A DNA stretch of 64,000 nt, taken from assembly GCA_973895155.1 (NCBI GenBank), contig OZ316891.1:26281972-26345971 (forward strand), in the 5' to 3' direction. A program made the translations under genes and the position numbers. This stretch comes from Marsupella aquatica (taxonomy: Eukaryota; Plantae; Marchantiophyta). Below are positions 1 through 12,570 of this stretch, piece after piece. The notes below the pieces were generated by a model that was given only the letters and a program-made list of their open reading frames with translations, did no database searches and had not been told where the DNA came from. The first letter of the stretch is position 1. Each line of letters starts with the position of its first letter.

Positions 1-576
1 GGTCTAGAGCCTCTAGACCGTAACTCTATGGTCATCATGTGCATGGTCATCATATACATGGGAAAAACTTATGACATGTACATTAAAAAAAATATAGGTA
101 GTATGGCCCCACCACAACATATGTGCATAGAACATGGATGTGCATACAAAAAGCCTGTGCACATCAAGGAGAATAATAGATTATATATGATTATTAAAAT
201 GATGGGTTTTTTTTATTATTTCATTAATCTTCAAAGAATATGAATCTAAAATATATTTTGATAATTTTTTTATTGTCCTCTCTGCTAGTAATATGCAAAT
301 TCATCAAATAGGACTTTTAATGCAATACTGACAGAACAAGAATGCACCAAGAAGTCCTTTCAAAATACCACCTCCATAGGGTAGTCTAACCTTTGGCCAA
401 AACTACACTGGACACATGCATTTTGGAGGGACCCCTGTAGTCCATGTAGGATTGGGAGAAGTCGCATTTTGGAGAATCCCCTCTAGTCCATGTAGGATTG
501 GGAGATGTCCACTACAAGTGACCTATCACCTTCATGTAAAGCCAAAATGGGATGACTTGATATGGATGGCTCTGAT

Positions 577-1322
577 GACATCTGAAAGCAAAATCTTGGA
601 AGTGACCTCTCCTCTCCACTTCATGTAATGCCAAGTGTGGTCACTAGATATGAGAGGCTCTATGACATCTGAAAGCAAAATCTGGGGAGTGACCTCTCCC
701 CTTACCTTTGTGTAAAGCCAAACTGCAGTCATCACTCCGTATGAAAGGCTTTATGACATGTGAAAGCAACATCTTGGAAGTGACCTCTCCTCTCCACTTC
801 AGGTAAAGCTTATTACCTCTCAACTTCATGCAATGCTGAAGTGCGATTACTCGAGATGGACGGTTGCGATGACATCTGAAAGCAAATTCTTGGAAGTAAC
901 ATCTCCATTGTTGCCCCATAAGTCTTTTTAAAGTGCCCCCCCCCCCCCCCCCCCTCCTCATCTGAAGCAACATCTTGGACGTGACCTCTCCTCTCCACTT
1001 CTTGTAAAGCTTATTACCTCTCAACTTCATGTAATGCTTGAAGTGTGGTTACTCAAGATGGACGGTTGCAATGACATCTGAAAGCAAATTCTTGGAAGTA
1101 ACATCTCCATTGTTGCCCCATAGGTCTTTCTAAACTCTCCCCCCCCCCCCTCATCTGAAAGCAACATCTTGGAAGTGACCTCTCCTCTCCACTTCATGTA
1201 AAGCTTCTACCTCTCAACTTCATGTAATGAAGTGCGGTTACTCGAGATGGACGGTTGTGATTACATCTGAAAGCAAATTCTTGTAAAGTAACATCTCCAT
1301 TGGTGCCCCATAGGTCTTTCTA
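577..1322. repeat. Degenerate tandem repeat: ~85-115 bp monomers (GACATCTGAAAGCAA.ATCTTGGAAGT core) forming ~195-bp higher-order units with poly-C tracts
   Basis: Core motif recurs at ~577, 664, 755, 871, 959, 1074, 1152 and 1264. Two monomer variants alternate in the last three units. Confidence 0.85.
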
Positions 1323-2392
1323 AAGTCAGCCCCCTCCCCTCTCGTTCTTCCAAAGTCCCCCTTAGCTTTGGACTAAGAGAAGCAATTGGGTGACTTCATG
1401 ACTGAGCTTGAATGTCCTCTTGTAACTCTGGAATTACAACCCAGATCTTCCCATTCTGCTGGATGTTTGTGCAAGCTGCATCAGCATCAGCAGGATGCAG
1501 TTGTGTTGAATTGCTGACATGCTAGATTTCGTGAGTTGAAGCTAAGCTCGCATGTGAATGCAAGGTGGGTGAATACTGTTTCTCTTTTATGTAATTGTGC
1601 GTTTTGGCATCGGGCAGCAGAGGTGAACGCCGCTGTCGAACAATCTTCCAAAGTAAAGCGGGCGGTCACTATGACGGTATTTGAGTGCATGCGCAATGCA
1701 TCCTGAACAGAAGGGAAGAGAATTTAATCGGAGCAGTGAGCTTTACTTGTGGAGTGATCTCTCGCAGAGAGATCGTAGGTCAGAACATGGAGGATGGAGT
1801 TCATGTGAGCGGAGATTGGAGGCCTGTAGTTGTTGTCTGCTACCGAAGGGCGCTAGGTTTTTCTCATGGCTGGCTTGTCCTCGTTGTACTCCGATGGATC
1901 TATGCCTCGAATCCTGGCCTGTTTACTCCTTTTCGTTTAGGCAAGCCATCTGCTTCATCTAATGCTTCGGCCTACCGTTCATGCCAAGGGAATTTGCCAT
2001 TCGTTTGCACGGACTTTCTCCGCGTCGAAAATATAGTTTTAGGTCGTGCATATCTTGGACTCAAGAGTCTGGCGCCATTTCTGAGTACCCAGGACAATTA
2101 CAAGCAGAAGGGTTGATTGTGAATCTCTTGTTGGGGCTTAGGTGTGGGGAATCCTTCTCTGCGACCAACAGTCATTACCAGATCACCATTCCGAATACCA
2201 GTCTTTGGTCAGCAAGAATATTTGGTATGTTTTAGGGTCTGAATCGCTATCCTACGGGGTTTCGCTTGATAAACGCGCCTGACCAAAGTCTGGTGCGTTG
2301 CGAGTTAGTTTAGGCAGTAGACCTCCTTATTTCTTCTGCAAGATCCCTTGAATCGCTCGTGTTAATTGTTTACTGCAAACAATTACAGCAGA

Positions 2393-5300
2393 ATGGAAAG
2401 GTTGAAGGTAATGCCAGATGTGAATTCCTTCACCAATGCCTGGAGCTTGCATGGAAACAGGGATATTGTGTCTCGGTATGAGATTTTAGAAAGGATTGGA
2501 GAAGGCACCTTTGGGGAAGTGCATAGGGCAAGAAGACGGGAAGACAACCTTATTGTTGCCCTTAAAGAAATTCACGACTTTGACAGTTCAGAACGCGAAG
2601 TGAACGCCCTCCTTCGCTTGGACCATCCCAATGTTGTAAGGTTGCACGAATATTTTGCCCAAGGGAGTAACATGGTGCTGGTTCTGGAATACCTTCCTCA
2701 TAACCTTTCTGAAGTAATACGAGCTGGCAAAGGAGAGCTTTCGGAGGCAGAAGTGAAGGGGTGGATGATTCAGATTTTGCGGGGGTTGGCTGCATGTCAT
2801 GCTGCTTCAATACTTCATAGGGATTTGAAGCCAAATAACCTGTTGATCGCTGAAGATAGGACTCTCAAGATAGCAGATTTTGGACAAGCGCGGATCTTGT
2901 CAGAAGTAGATTTTGAAAATGAAGAAGGATTGTCTGGGTCAGAAATCTATAAGAAGTATGGGAAAGGAAATGAGAGTCAAATTGTTCATGATGCCCCAGC
3001 GATGAGCGACAATCAGGAGCTGGAATTTCAAGCTGATGTTTCTGTAGCGGAAGGCACGACGGGTGAAGATAGATCTATCAAAGTGGGTGGAATGCCATCG
3101 GAAACTAGCAAAGTTGAGGCATCTGGTGTCTATTTTGGCGGGGGAATTGGCCAGAGTATGGAAAATGGAAACTTATCGAAGGCTCTTGTGGAATCGATTC
3201 CACTGGTGAGAGAATTTTCTAGTGACCTGAGTGATTCCGACAATTTCGAGAGAAATGACAAGTATTTGGGGTCTGGTCCAACCAATGTGGGTTTTTCGGC
3301 TTTGGCAGATGCTGTCAAGGACGCGAGAAATTACTTTACAGTAGAAGAAATGGTTAGAAGTGGCACTGGGATTCATAATTTTGGGCTGTCAGGTCTTCAG
3401 AGACAGCAAATTATTGCATCACAACCCACGGAGGATCTTGTCTGTTGTGGATGGTTTCCAACGGAAAATGTTGAGAATCATCCAACTTTGGCCGAAGGAA
3501 GGAATTCATCTTTGGGAAATGCATCTACTGGGAAGGATAATATCGTCTCAGTCGGAAGGGATCAGGCCGAACGAGAAGATGATTCCAGCTCTGATGAGAG
3601 CGATGTTGACAGGGAAGGTAACTACGGTGTGAGAAGTGAGGGTGTGATTGACATACTGAATAAAACAGAGGGATTGCATAAGGCTGGAGCATCATTTAGT
3701 TCTGTCAGGGGAGACGGTGACTTTCTTCAGAAGCTGCGACGATTTATCAGGAAGAGAACAAGACGTCTAAATAATGATGGGAAGATAGCTGGTTCTCTCC
3801 ATCCTAGGAATGAAAGAATTTCCACAGGTGGAGGTAGCAGTATGAAAGTGGCGGCCCAAAGAGATGGGCACGCATCTCACATGCCTCGGAGTTTAGGGCC
3901 CAGACAAAGTGTATCCTCTGAAAGACACTCGATAGATGTCAAGGCTATTCGTCCGCTGTCGCAGAGTCTGAGGACTGTAACTGCAACTGCAACTGAAAAC
4001 ATGGTTCGTTCACAGGGCCAGCGGGTGTATTCCCAATCTCAGATTAGGAAGGGGACAAGGGATTTCTATGGAAAGCAGAGAAAGAGCTTTCCAGTTGGAT
4101 GCACAAATTATATTGGCCAAGGCACAGTTATTACAGATGGACATCGACTTGATAGTACGGATGAGGTATCACTTGTGTCGGGAGTTGAAGATGACTACTA
4201 TGCACAACAGCGCCTCGTTAAGGAAGAGGTTGGCTCGACAGTGCCAGAGAAATCTGGAGAGTTCATGGATGGTGAGGAAGACGGGGGTGATCTACGGACT
4301 GAGAGTGGAAGGAAATTGTACGGAGGTTTGAAGGTAGAAAAGGTCGAGAGGGAAACAAGGGATAAAGTGGTGGTGAATGGACCATTAAGAGAGATGGCTT
4401 ATGGTAGAGTGCGTGAAGGTGGAGAGACGGGAGCCGCGAGTCAGGTGGAATTCAAGGACAACTTCAGAGACGACGGGAGAGAGTTAAGAGAAGTGGAAAC
4501 TGGCGGTGCCCAAATGAGTTTAATGGATTTGAAGAAATCCGGGGGAGATGAAGCGCATACAATGAGGGTCATCAAATATGGAGAGGTTCACAATGACTTT
4601 CCTTGGAGTCACCAGAAAGCATTAAAGACACCAAACGTACCTGCTGAAGAAGCTTTGGGAACAACGCTGTGTGAAATTCCAAGCACTTGGGGAGTGGGTG
4701 GGCATGATGTAGACAGCGTCGTGGAGACGTTGGACGGAAGGTGGGAAGGACCCTCTGGAGAGCCGATCCCGAGTAGAGATGTTTGCAAGTCCTGGACGCA
4801 GACGGAGGGGTACATTAGCACATTGTCAGATGCTGAAGGCACAAGGTGGTATGGTGCTCCAGAATTCCAATTTTCATACATGGACTCAAAAATAGCTGGT
4901 CCTGTAGTTGGGAAGGTAATTAATGAAACGAAGGGTCATGCCACTGGAAGTGAGGAAGAATGGGAAAAGGAAGGTTCTGAAGTTGGTACTTATCAGAATA
5001 GCAGCGCACATTCACAGGAGTCACCTGGGAGAGGCAACAGTGAATCAGAGCATGGGTCAGACTTTACTACAATGGAAGGAACAAGATGGTACAAAGCACC
5101 TGAATTGCTGTATGGAGCCACGAAGTATGGAATGGGCATAGACATTTGGGCACTGGGTTGCATTTTCGGAGAGTTATTGTGGGGCAAACCACTTTTTCCA
5201 GGTCTCAATGATATAGATCAACTTAGCAGATTAGTAAGGATATTAGGCTCTCCAAACGAGAAAATCTGGGCAGGTGTTTCACTGCTACCTGATTTCAATA

Positions 5301-5587
5301 AGATTTGCTTTGTAGATGATCGACTCCCCCTCACTCTCCCGAAATATCTTCCCCATATTTCAGATGCTGCGCTGGACTTTCTGCAAAAGCTTCTGACCTA
5401 TGATCCTGTTTTGAGACTGACTGCCGAAAGAGCTCTGGAGGACGAATTTTTCCATAAGCCACCTCGTCCATGTCCTTGTCATGAGTTACAGCTTCCCGCA
5501 TGGGACGAAAGTGAGGCTTCGGATGAAGAGTGGGGGGACTGGAAGGACCCAGGTTCTCCATTCTCTGATTTTGAAATTCTCGGGTGA
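2393..5587 (+). CDS. CDKF;1: CDKF-type cyclin-dependent kinase (CDK-activating kinase), intronless, ~1064 aa, with a very large activation-segment insertion
   Basis: N-terminal WSLHGNRDIVSRYEILERIGEG, VALKEIHD, HRDLKPNN and DFGQARIL, then after the insertion GTRWYKAPELLYG, DIWALGCIFGEL and PLFPG..DIDQL. The WSxH start, DFGQARIL and insertion position match plant CDKF. First ATG is at 2393. Confidence 0.88.
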   Translation: MERLKVMPDVNSFTNAWSLHGNRDIVSRYEILERIGEGTFGEVHRARRREDNLIVALKEIHDFDSSEREVNALLRLDHPNVVRLHEYFAQGSNMVLVLEYLPHNLSEVIRAGKGELSEAEVKGWMIQILRGLAACHAASILHRDLKPNNLLIAEDRTLKIADFGQARILSEVDFENEEGLSGSEIYKKYGKGNESQIVHDAPAMSDNQELEFQADVSVAEGTTGEDRSIKVGGMPSETSKVEASGVYFGGGIGQSMENGNLSKALVESIPLVREFSSDLSDSDNFERNDKYLGSGPTNVGFSALADAVKDARNYFTVEEMVRSGTGIHNFGLSGLQRQQIIASQPTEDLVCCGWFPTENVENHPTLAEGRNSSLGNASTGKDNIVSVGRDQAEREDDSSSDESDVDREGNYGVRSEGVIDILNKTEGLHKAGASFSSVRGDGDFLQKLRRFIRKRTRRLNNDGKIAGSLHPRNERISTGGGSSMKVAAQRDGHASHMPRSLGPRQSVSSERHSIDVKAIRPLSQSLRTVTATATENMVRSQGQRVYSQSQIRKGTRDFYGKQRKSFPVGCTNYIGQGTVITDGHRLDSTDEVSLVSGVEDDYYAQQRLVKEEVGSTVPEKSGEFMDGEEDGGDLRTESGRKLYGGLKVEKVERETRDKVVVNGPLREMAYGRVREGGETGAASQVEFKDNFRDDGRELREVETGGAQMSLMDLKKSGGDEAHTMRVIKYGEVHNDFPWSHQKALKTPNVPAEEALGTTLCEIPSTWGVGGHDVDSVVETLDGRWEGPSGEPIPSRDVCKSWTQTEGYISTLSDAEGTRWYGAPEFQFSYMDSKIAGPVVGKVINETKGHATGSEEEWEKEGSEVGTYQNSSAHSQESPGRGNSESEHGSDFTTMEGTRWYKAPELLYGATKYGMGIDIWALGCIFGELLWGKPLFPGLNDIDQLSRLVRILGSPNEKIWAGVSLLPDFNKICFVDDRLPLTLPKYLPHISDAALDFLQKLLTYDPVLRLTAERALEDEFFHKPPRPCPCHELQLPAWDESEASDEEWGDWKDPGSPFSDFEILG

Positions 5588-8500
5588 ACTTACGATATAC
5601 TGAGGTCGTTGTTTATATCAGACCTCTTGATAACCTTGTACCTGACCAACGTCTTCCTGATTGAAGTGGAGCTAGTTGGTTTTTTGCATTTGTAACCTGG
5701 ACCTCTGTATGGAGTAGATTGAAGTGGTGCTGAAGATGGGCTTGAGTTTAGCGTCAGGGGTTATGGGCTGGGAGACTTAAGCCAGTACTCTATTGGCATG
5801 ACGGTGTTTACTTCTGGTAGAATTGTAATAATTGTAGGGTTTTCCCTTTAGGTCTCTTATTCTGGGTGGAGAAGTAGACCCTGGATTCATCATGCAAATG
5901 GCGCATGCACATTGAAGAGGAGCAGTTGGTTAACTGTTTGAGTTCTTTTGAGCTTCTCTCCAGTCGGTAGGTTCCTTAAGGATTACAGTAGTTGTTCCTG
6001 TTTTGGCCCTTCATCTGAAAACACACTGCAACAGGGATAAGCTTATGCGAAGTCTTCAGCAGAGACAGTTGCAGTGAGACCGGGCCGGATATACTGGGCT
6101 TCGTCACCGAACTTGCCTTTAGCTGGGTATAGTCGAGGGGATGTAGCTGTGCAAGTTTCACATCATAACTGAAGCAGTCCCTCACAGGGAGCAAGTAAAA
6201 GAAGGAAGAAGGAAACTCGCGAGGAGAAGGAGAGGATTGATCTTAAGCAATCGAGAGACATCTTTGGGGTCTCTAGTCGACTTCAACAAGTACGGAGTGC
6301 CATGAGGTACAAGCTGCTTCCTATGTCGGAAGATCATGAAGCTAGCAATGCGTTGCGACTTCATTGGGTTGTGATTTGCCTTGGAATTGCATTCTGAGAA
6401 CAAAAAGATCGACAACTGTCCTAGCAACCAGGCTAAGGAATCATAGAGTTTACATCCAAGAGGAATGGCTAACGAGGCAGATGCAGACTCACCTGAAGCA
6501 TCAACGGCATTACAGATGGCATTGGAAGCTTAGTACCTCCCACCGCCCAGGAGCCAGAATGTCCTTCCAACATCCAAGAGCGTACCCCGTGCCTGAAGGA
6601 TGAGATCAAATGGAATACCTAGTTGACATTGCACCATGCAACGGCAGACAACCTATCATGAAGATAGCGAAGAAGTAAGGAGATTGCCTTTCAGACCTGA
6701 AAGCCGCCCCGAGTAGGCACAGAAGTGTTGCGCCTGGTCATCAACAAGGTCGTGAGGCAACGTGAACAAAACTTGTCGAGAGAGAGATATGATTGTGAGT
6801 TTTTTGCTCGCTTCTCCCTTGAGATTCTTGGGATGGTAGGGTTTAGCATCCCATTGCTATGGAGTTAGTGAGACCATTTTTGTTCCTCTGGACACTTTAG
6901 GTGAGTTTAAAGCCTAGATTTTGAAATACGTCAGGTGTTCAGACACGTTTACAATTATTTATTTGGAAAGAGAATTAATTTAGGGAGCCCTCTTGGTGGA
7001 CTAAGTTCGTGTAGATTTCGCCTTTATCAAGATGATTGTACCAAATCTTGATTGTACCAAATCTATTGCTTTGTTATGGTTGTCATTCGATTCATTTCAG
7101 TACTTTCCCCAGCAAGTAAACAAGCTCCAAGACCTCTCTGTGAATAGACTTCGCTTCAAGTCCGAAGCCATATCGGAAATCGAAATGGAAAGTGGAAATA
7201 CCCGAGTAATTAGTGCGCAGACTTGGATATGCATTCATTATTACAAGCAAAAGCTAGCCAGCTCGTTGATTGATCAGTCCACATCCACATGCAGAAGTTC
7301 ATTTTATCAAAAATATCTGGACTTATCTTTCAAAATTTTCTCAGGTCGCATCTCTACTGACAATGCATTCAACACCAAGTATGGTAACCTGTCATTCCTG
7401 AACGGCCTTTGGGACCACTCTTGCCTAGCTGTGCCACACACCAACTTCCTCTTCAATCTGCTCCAGCCCATGGCAGTGCCAATTTTCATCTCAACCAAAG
7501 GAATAATCTGAGGGTTCTGTATTGGCTTTGCGAAATGTGGTTGTAGTCATGTTCTGATGGAAAAAAATCTGGAAGTACTTTTCAGGTGAAAGTGGTTCGC
7601 ATAAGTGATGCTGATATTCAGGCCAGCAACCCAAGTAGGAAAAGTGATGCACATCTGGTGGCCAGAAAATGAAGAATTGAAGAGTTTACTAGATATTGGT
7701 CCCTCACTGTGAGGCCTCCAAATTTTAGCCAAACGGAATTCAAACATCTAGTTATGGTCAGATCTGGCGGTGACAGATTGATGTTTTTTCGTTGTGATGA
7801 TGTCTTTCTACTAACTTCTTCTTACTTCTATGGCACGAAACAATTTGAAGGAATCTTGTTAATTTTGTAATCTCTGAACCAAACCAAATTCAGGACTTCC
7901 TTCTGCACTCATGATTGTCACTCTCCACAATAATGCTTAAGCATCAAATAGTATAAAATTACCCTGAGGATCAAAAGCAGATGAAAATCCTTCAGATGTT
8001 TAAATCACCATGAGAAATTCCATTCTCTACTGATGCCCTTGTCGTCTCCTTCTTAGTTTTTTGGGGAGGGAAACCTACCCGAGAGGACTTGACCAAGGGA
8101 ACATGATTTTAACTTTATTGAAAAGCAAAGAAATTACAGTAGTCGAAGGCTGAAGGCGTCGGCCAAGACAGACCAAACACATCACGATAGGAAACGGAAA
8201 CGGGAGCAGGAACAGGTGAAAGAAACCACTAGCCTGCCAATCAAACTCAAATGTCTTCTCCTATTTCCGAAAAGTAGCCGTCCTCCGGGAACCTTCACTT
8301 TATATGCAGTTGAGCTACTCTGAGACACCATCTACTGTAGCTCCTCCATCGTTCTCACTATCATAGCTAGCTTGATCGAGTTGATCAAGCTGAAAAGAAA
8401 CTGTTTTTTTTTCTGGATCTACGTGCCTGGATTGAAAACAAAATGGGAGTTTTCTCCCTAGTTCCCGGTGTAGTAGTATCATGATAATCTATTGATCGAT

Positions 8501-9161
8501 CACATACTTACATGCTTTCCTTCCATCACTGCTCTCAAATATGTATAATGGTCCATTGACCACAAGCTTCTCGGCAAGTTTCGCCTTCGCAATTACAATC
8601 ACTCCACTCAGGCCATCCCCAGAGCACGAATGTTTACTCTAGAAGGCCTGAACTTAGGTGAACCTCGTTCTGCTCCACGGAGGCGCACAGTAGGCTTCGA
8701 GTACCCAAACAGTGGCCATTGCCAGAGTTCACTCTGTCGAAGGAATCTAATTAAAGCTTGAGCACCGGGGTCAAAGGCACATTCATTATGTGCTGGTCTT
8801 CCCCAAAATGGAACGATCGACTACTATCTCACTTAACTGCTAGGGTTGCCATTGAAGGCCTGCTTCAGCTACTGCTCCAGGATTTATGTACATCAGTGTT
8901 GAACGTTATCTGTGTTAGTCTCACCCATTGAAGGCTACGTCGCTTGCTTTGAAAAACACCTACCCTTCATGTACAAAGTCCAGTTTGCGCGTGAATGTCA
9001 CAGATCGAGAGAATCGGACGTAGATACTGTATGTACAATGATAAAATCGGGGGTATATTGGGCATCGGGCGACCTCTCTGGTTGTGGGTACACAGACATG
9101 GCCGGCTTTTGTCGCCTCGGTCGACTAGTTGTCTGGCTGCCTTCCTTTGTCCGCGCTTCGT

Positions 9162-10701
9162 TTAGAAAGCAGGGTGCTCTGACTGCAGTTGTCCGAGTGT
9201 CGCAACATCAAACTGAGGGACGTAGTTGGACTCCTTCAAGTTAAGCGTTGGAGGATCATTGAGGAAAGCCCACTTGCTCCTTGTCCACCTGCATACAAGG
9301 CAAATGAGAAGAGGCCATCAGATTATCAAGTTGGCTCAGATCTCTACGCAAGAGATCGACCACGCAATTATCGTCGCACAACGGCCTGAAAAGCTACGAC
9401 AGTTTCGAGTGTAAGTAGACAGGATTCACTTCGTCTATGATCTTCCTGATGACGTCAGGAGAGGGACTCTTGGAGACATACCATGCTCTGGAATTGCCTT
9501 CGGGCAGGCTCATGGTCATACCACTTTCGGCCAATTTCTGCTGTGCATCAATCTCATCTGCCATCTGCAACGTCTTGCGATGTTAAGCAGGTTCAATATT
9601 GCAGAAAATTACGTTTGCAACGCCGTCACTGTGACAGCAGTTGGATAAATCAGCATAAAAGACTCGCCTGGCCACCTAACTCTAATCAACAAGCGCTAAC
9701 ATTCTCAATCTTGACGGTAACATCTAGGAGGCACCTTTCCCTCAAGTCATGTCACCTGCTGAACAAATTTTCGCAATGGACACTTATCTCAAAATCCACA
9801 CAGCCCTTAGGGTAGATCACATAATGTAATTTACGCTGAGCACCACGAGCTGATGGGGGATCGGGTAAGGTTCTGGGGTTATGGAGTGTTCGTGCAACAG
9901 CCGTGGAGACACGTACCGCTCTTGCAATCTTCATTCTCGGTGAAATAGAAGCGTCTTTGTTAGCTCCGTCCAGGTGCTCTTGCGCCAGGTCCTTCTTCAT
10001 TCTCCAAAATTTCTCCACTTCGTCCTTCGTCACCGAAGAGTTCGATCGCTTCATAGCTGCACACGACACGCACCCACCAAGCAGCAAACAACCCATCAAC
10101 CGGTTACTCCAGATTCTAAAACTTCAATCACCAGACACACGTGACCAGCCTCATGATCAAGCAGACACCGAATTGATTGCAGAGGTTGCTCAATTGAAAG
10201 TTTATGGATGGGATTGCAATACAGAGAGCTGAAGACGTGCAGTTAGAGGCAACCATAGCAATCTGTATTCTACCATTTCGAAAAGTATCGGATCTAAAGT
10301 CGTACTCGAGCTATAACATAGTATCCTCCAGGACAACGAATTATCCAGGATGGAGTACAACACTGCAAGATCTACATTCTAAAGCTATTGATTGAGCTAG
10401 TGGATGGGAATAGGACCTTCAAACGAATGAGCTAACTCGAATGCTGACAACCCTCGTACTAACAATCCACAGTCCAAAAACCAGGGCAGGAAATACTACT
10501 ATCCTTACTGCATACAGGACCAAAGGGCAGGGTGGGGAATTCGTTGAACACTGACAGAGTAGTATCCAATTGGGGTAGTATACTTAAAGCCAGATATGCA
10601 CACGGACCATAGACATCAGATCCAGACAGCGGGCCAGATAGTACCGCACCTTCATCAGGAGCAGAAGGCGAAGTGGACCAGCCTGCCATCAAAGAACCCA
10701 T
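9162..10701 (-). CDS. Small conserved plant protein of unknown function (MGSLMAGW / S.TK.E...FW / WWTRS.WAFLN.PP family); exons 10701-10650, 10056-9917, 9564-9482, 9288-9162
   Basis: GT-AG introns in consistent phases (1, 0, 2) give MGSLMAGWSTSPSAPDE-AMKRSNSSVTKDEVEKFWRMKKDLAQEHL...-MADEIDAQQK...RAW-WTRSKWAFLNDPPTLNLKESNYVPQFDVATLGQLQSEHPAF*. These motifs are typical of a conserved plant family. Confidence 0.88.
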
Positions 10702-12570
10702 CACTGAAAGACTGTAGATTGCCGAATTGAAGTCCCAAATTCAACAAGTGAGATCCGAATCTGCCGACTATCACAACGGTGTCAACCAAAAGCCTCAGAT
10801 TAATTAGCCACCAATCTTAGCTTGAAGGGTTGCCGTCACAATTCCAAACCAGCCCCGTCAATCATACCCTAACCAGCAGTCAGCTGAGAGCAGCCACCAA
10901 AGACTATCTAGAACGCAACAGAATCCAAGAAAGTAAGAAATTGTATCCCCCACACCCGAGCTTTAATCTCCGAGCCAACTCGACAGCTCTATAGGCTTAC
11001 TAGTCCATCAACTAGTAGAGAATTCAACAAGAAAATCTTTCTAAACCCGTGAACTCACTCTTGACTCCGTCAGTAGAAAGGGTCTTAGGTAGCTCTCGTC
11101 CGTTTGTCTGACACAACCCAGGACTGCACTAACAATTGCGATGTTTCGAGAGACAGCAGAATGGGAGGCCGATCGAAAAGCTGGTGACACATCGATCGTT
11201 TTGTCGATGAGGATTGGGAGCAAAAAGTCAGCACTCGGCATTGAATGTCTACTACTGTAGGTGCCCAGAGGATATAGTCTATTATTGAACTGAGAGGATA
11301 ACCTTCAGAGCAGATATATAATGTCTTAGTAGCCGTCACTGATCCGATTCGGTAAATATCTTTCTGCTCCTTTTGACCCAACCCAACAAGAACTCCTGCA
11401 AGCACACTAAATCTAACGACACCTGTTTTATCCAATCTCAACATTAGTGAGATAAAGCATTCTAGATGGGAGTGTGTGGAAAAAGTGTTGAGCTACTACC
11501 CAGACAGCTTGCGAGTGTTTATTTTAGCTCACTTAAGAGCATCCGCACTAGTTTTCCAGCAGGGGGCTGCCATCCTGAAAGTTTGCAGGCCGTGACCGTC
11601 TGCTGGCAATGACTATCTGGCCTTTGTCTTGGGGGCTTGGCCTATGCGAACACCCCTATTAAAACACCCCCCTTAAATGGAATATAAAATCTTTGTATAC
11701 CCTGGCCTATGCAAACACCCCAGCCTATTATACCACCCCCCTTCCACGGACCAAAAAAAAAAAACCACCAGTCCTTTATTGACTTTCATATTAAACTTTT
11801 ACATAACCCTTTATATATATATATTCTAGCCCAATGCCTATGCGTTGCACAAAAGATATTAAGGTGAAAAAAAAGATGTCAAGTGCCAAAAAAAAAATTC
11901 AGGTGAGAAAAAAGATGTCAAGATGAAAAAATGTTGATGAGAGAAAAAGATAATAGTTTAGGCAAACATTTATTTTAAACTATGTGTATGGATAAATCCG
12001 ATGTTGTAGAAAAACAATGTTTTGATAAAGGTCTAAAATCTATTCCCATTTTTTATGAGTTTGGAAAAGAACTATCCCATCTTTTTGTGGGATAAGGTAT
12101 TATATGGGAGATTGTCCTTCCCCTTTCATTACCTCAAAGATACATCAAAAAGGAAAATCAAATTTTAGCTTTTTGAGAAAGAATAAAAAACAAAACTGCA
12201 TAAATTCTCTTCACACTAATAAATATATTGTTCAAAATTATAGACACCCATTTGGAGAGTATTATTCTACTTCATTCCAATAATATAATATAAATGTTAT
12301 AATATGTAATGATTGAGTACACTATTGAATATTCATATGTGACAAAAAACATTTGTGCTGTTATTAAATTGTACTTGCAAGTGTTCACTCCCAATTATTA
12401 TCACCTAGGTAGCACCTACAGTAGGTGCTTGATTGTCTTGTTTCTCGGTTACACTCATTTATAACTCATCAAAGGTGAGAATTAAACTATAATATAAATC
12501 CAATGGTAAGCAAGTGTTCGCACCAAATCTCATTTTGTAATGGGATCGATGGACAACTTTTGGCGGGATC

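Noticed and set aside
1681-2235. ORFs upstream of CDKF as separate genes
   Set aside because: No recognisable domains. They are probably 5' UTR or intron sequence, possibly uORFs.
7032-8280. Possible decayed L1 C-terminus and 3' end
   Set aside because: Only a faint KIW-like motif and an AATAAA are visible, too weak to call.
8912-9815. Plus-strand ORFs of 60-110 aa
   Set aside because: They are antisense to the spliced minus-strand gene and its 3' UTR.
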